Shown piece by piece: positions 62,936 to 64,000 of a stretch of 64,000 nucleotides of DNA (its first letter is position 1; the number at the start of each line of letters is the position of its first letter). Source of the stretch: Candidatus Eiseniibacteriota bacterium (GTDB taxonomy: Bacteria > Eisenbacteria > RBG-16-71-46); the NCBI GenBank assembly GCA_963717505.1, contig OY970342.1:288001-352000 (forward strand), read 5' to 3'. Below the pieces are notes generated by a model that saw only the letters and a list, made by a program, of their open reading frames with translations, made no database searches and had not been told where the DNA came from. The translations under genes and the position numbers were made by a program.

Positions 62936-64000
62936 TCCCGCGGCTGGTGGCGCTGGCCACCGCCGTTCCCCCCCACGTCGTCGGCCAGGACGAAGCGCGC
63001 GAGTTCTCGCGCAACCTCTTCCGCGAGGTGCTGACCGAGGACAAGGACCGCCTGCTCGCGATCTTCGACAACGCTGGAATCAAGAACCGAAACGTGTGCG
63101 CGCCGCTCGAGTGGTACGCGCACGACCACAGCTTCGCCGAGAAGAACGACCTCTACATCGAGAACGCCGTTCGCCTCGGCGCCCAGGTCGCCCGGGACGT
63201 GATGGCGAAGGCCGGGCTCGGCCCCGGCGACGTCGACCATCTGGTGTTCGTGTCGTCGACCGGAATCGCCGCGCCCAGCGTCGACGCGCGGCTGGCCAAC
63301 GAGCTGGGATTCCGCAGCGACTTCAAGCGCACGCCAATCTGGGGACTCGGGTGCGCGGGCGGCGCGGCCGGGCTGGCGCGGGCGCGCGAGTTCGCGCTCG
63401 CTGATCCCGGGTCGCGAGTTCTCCTGATCGCGCTCGAGCTGTGCAGCATCACCTTCCAGCGCAACGATCTCTCCAAACGCAACCTGGTCGCGGCGTCCTT
63501 GTTCGGCGACGGCGCGGCGGCGGCTTTAGTGGTGGCCGACGACGGCGCCCCGCACAACGGCCACCGGCCGCTCGATCTGGTCGCGACCTCGAGCACGTTC
63601 TGGTCGGACACGCTCGACGTCATGGGCTGGGACGTGGACGGCACCGGGCTGCACGTGATCTTCGCCCGCGACATTCCGACCATCGTCCACGAGCGCGTGC
63701 GGCCGGGGCTGGAAGAGTTTCTGGCCCGTCACGACCTGACCCTCGCGAAACTCGACCATCTCGTCGCGCATCCGGGCGGCACTAAGGTGCTGGCCGCGTA
63801 TCAGGAGGCTCTGGGCTTGCAGCCCGATGCGCTCGACCACGCGCGCGAGGTGCTGCGCGACCACGGGAACATGTCGTCGCCCACCTGCTTGTTCGTGCTC
63901 GAACGCTTCATGCGGTCGGAGTCGATACGGGCGGGCGAAACCGCGGTCCTCTCCGCGCTCGGCCCCGGCTTCTGCGCCGAGTACGTCCTGCTGCGCGGGG
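62932..64000 (+). CDS. Type III polyketide synthase (partial at window end; absent from the ORF track)
   Basis: Frame from ATG 62932: MIPRLVALATAVPPH...WGLGCAGG...LFGDGAAA...HPGG...HGNMSS...LGPGF (Cys-His-Asn triad). Confidence 0.9.
   Translation, partial: MIPRLVALATAVPPHVVGQDEAREFSRNLFREVLTEDKDRLLAIFDNAGIKNRNVCAPLEWYAHDHSFAEKNDLYIENAVRLGAQVARDVMAKAGLGPGDVDHLVFVSSTGIAAPSVDARLANELGFRSDFKRTPIWGLGCAGGAAGLARAREFALADPGSRVLLIALELCSITFQRNDLSKRNLVAASLFGDGAAAALVVADDGAPHNGHRPLDLVATSSTFWSDTLDVMGWDVDGTGLHVIFARDIPTIVHERVRPGLEEFLARHDLTLAKLDHLVAHPGGTKVLAAYQEALGLQPDALDHAREVLRDHGNMSSPTCLFVLERFMRSESIRAGETAVLSALGPGFCAEYVLLRG

Overview
64 kb of gene-dense, high-GC bacterial chromosome. Seven secreted proteins end in a FlgD/T9SS-type C-terminal domain and one ends in a TWGxxK tail, which suggests an FCB-group organism such as Ca. 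Eisenbacteria (inference). I found no rRNA, tRNA, CRISPR array, transposase or integrase. Several genes carry single-base indels, mostly in homopolymers, consistent with long-read consensus error. Two observations stand out. (1) A gene split by the ORF track (16185..16889, +): a signal-peptide ORF and a beta-barrel-like ORF are in the same frame, joined by ACC-TGA-AGT-GGT-TGA-CCC (T-U-S-G-U-P). SECIS-like hairpins follow directly. This is a candidate double-selenocysteine (UxxU) outer-membrane protein heading a cluster with a YHS-TlpA thioredoxin and YceI. (2) An aconitase A gene carries a ~1.57 kb LAGLIDADG intein inserted inside the Fe-S-binding GCTT|CIGN motif, so the cluster-ligand Cys is the splicing +1 nucleophile. 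Other notable items are a PilT gene coupled to a DUF4388/degenerate-PilT fusion, a kinase-BRCT fusion behind twin palindromes, an orphan tailspike-like gene in a lower-GC patch, a swivel-first aconitase-family fusion, an HzsA-like heme protein, an AA5 copper radical oxidase, tandem arylsulfotransferases and a type III PKS. All family calls are by motif recognition; no database searches were run.
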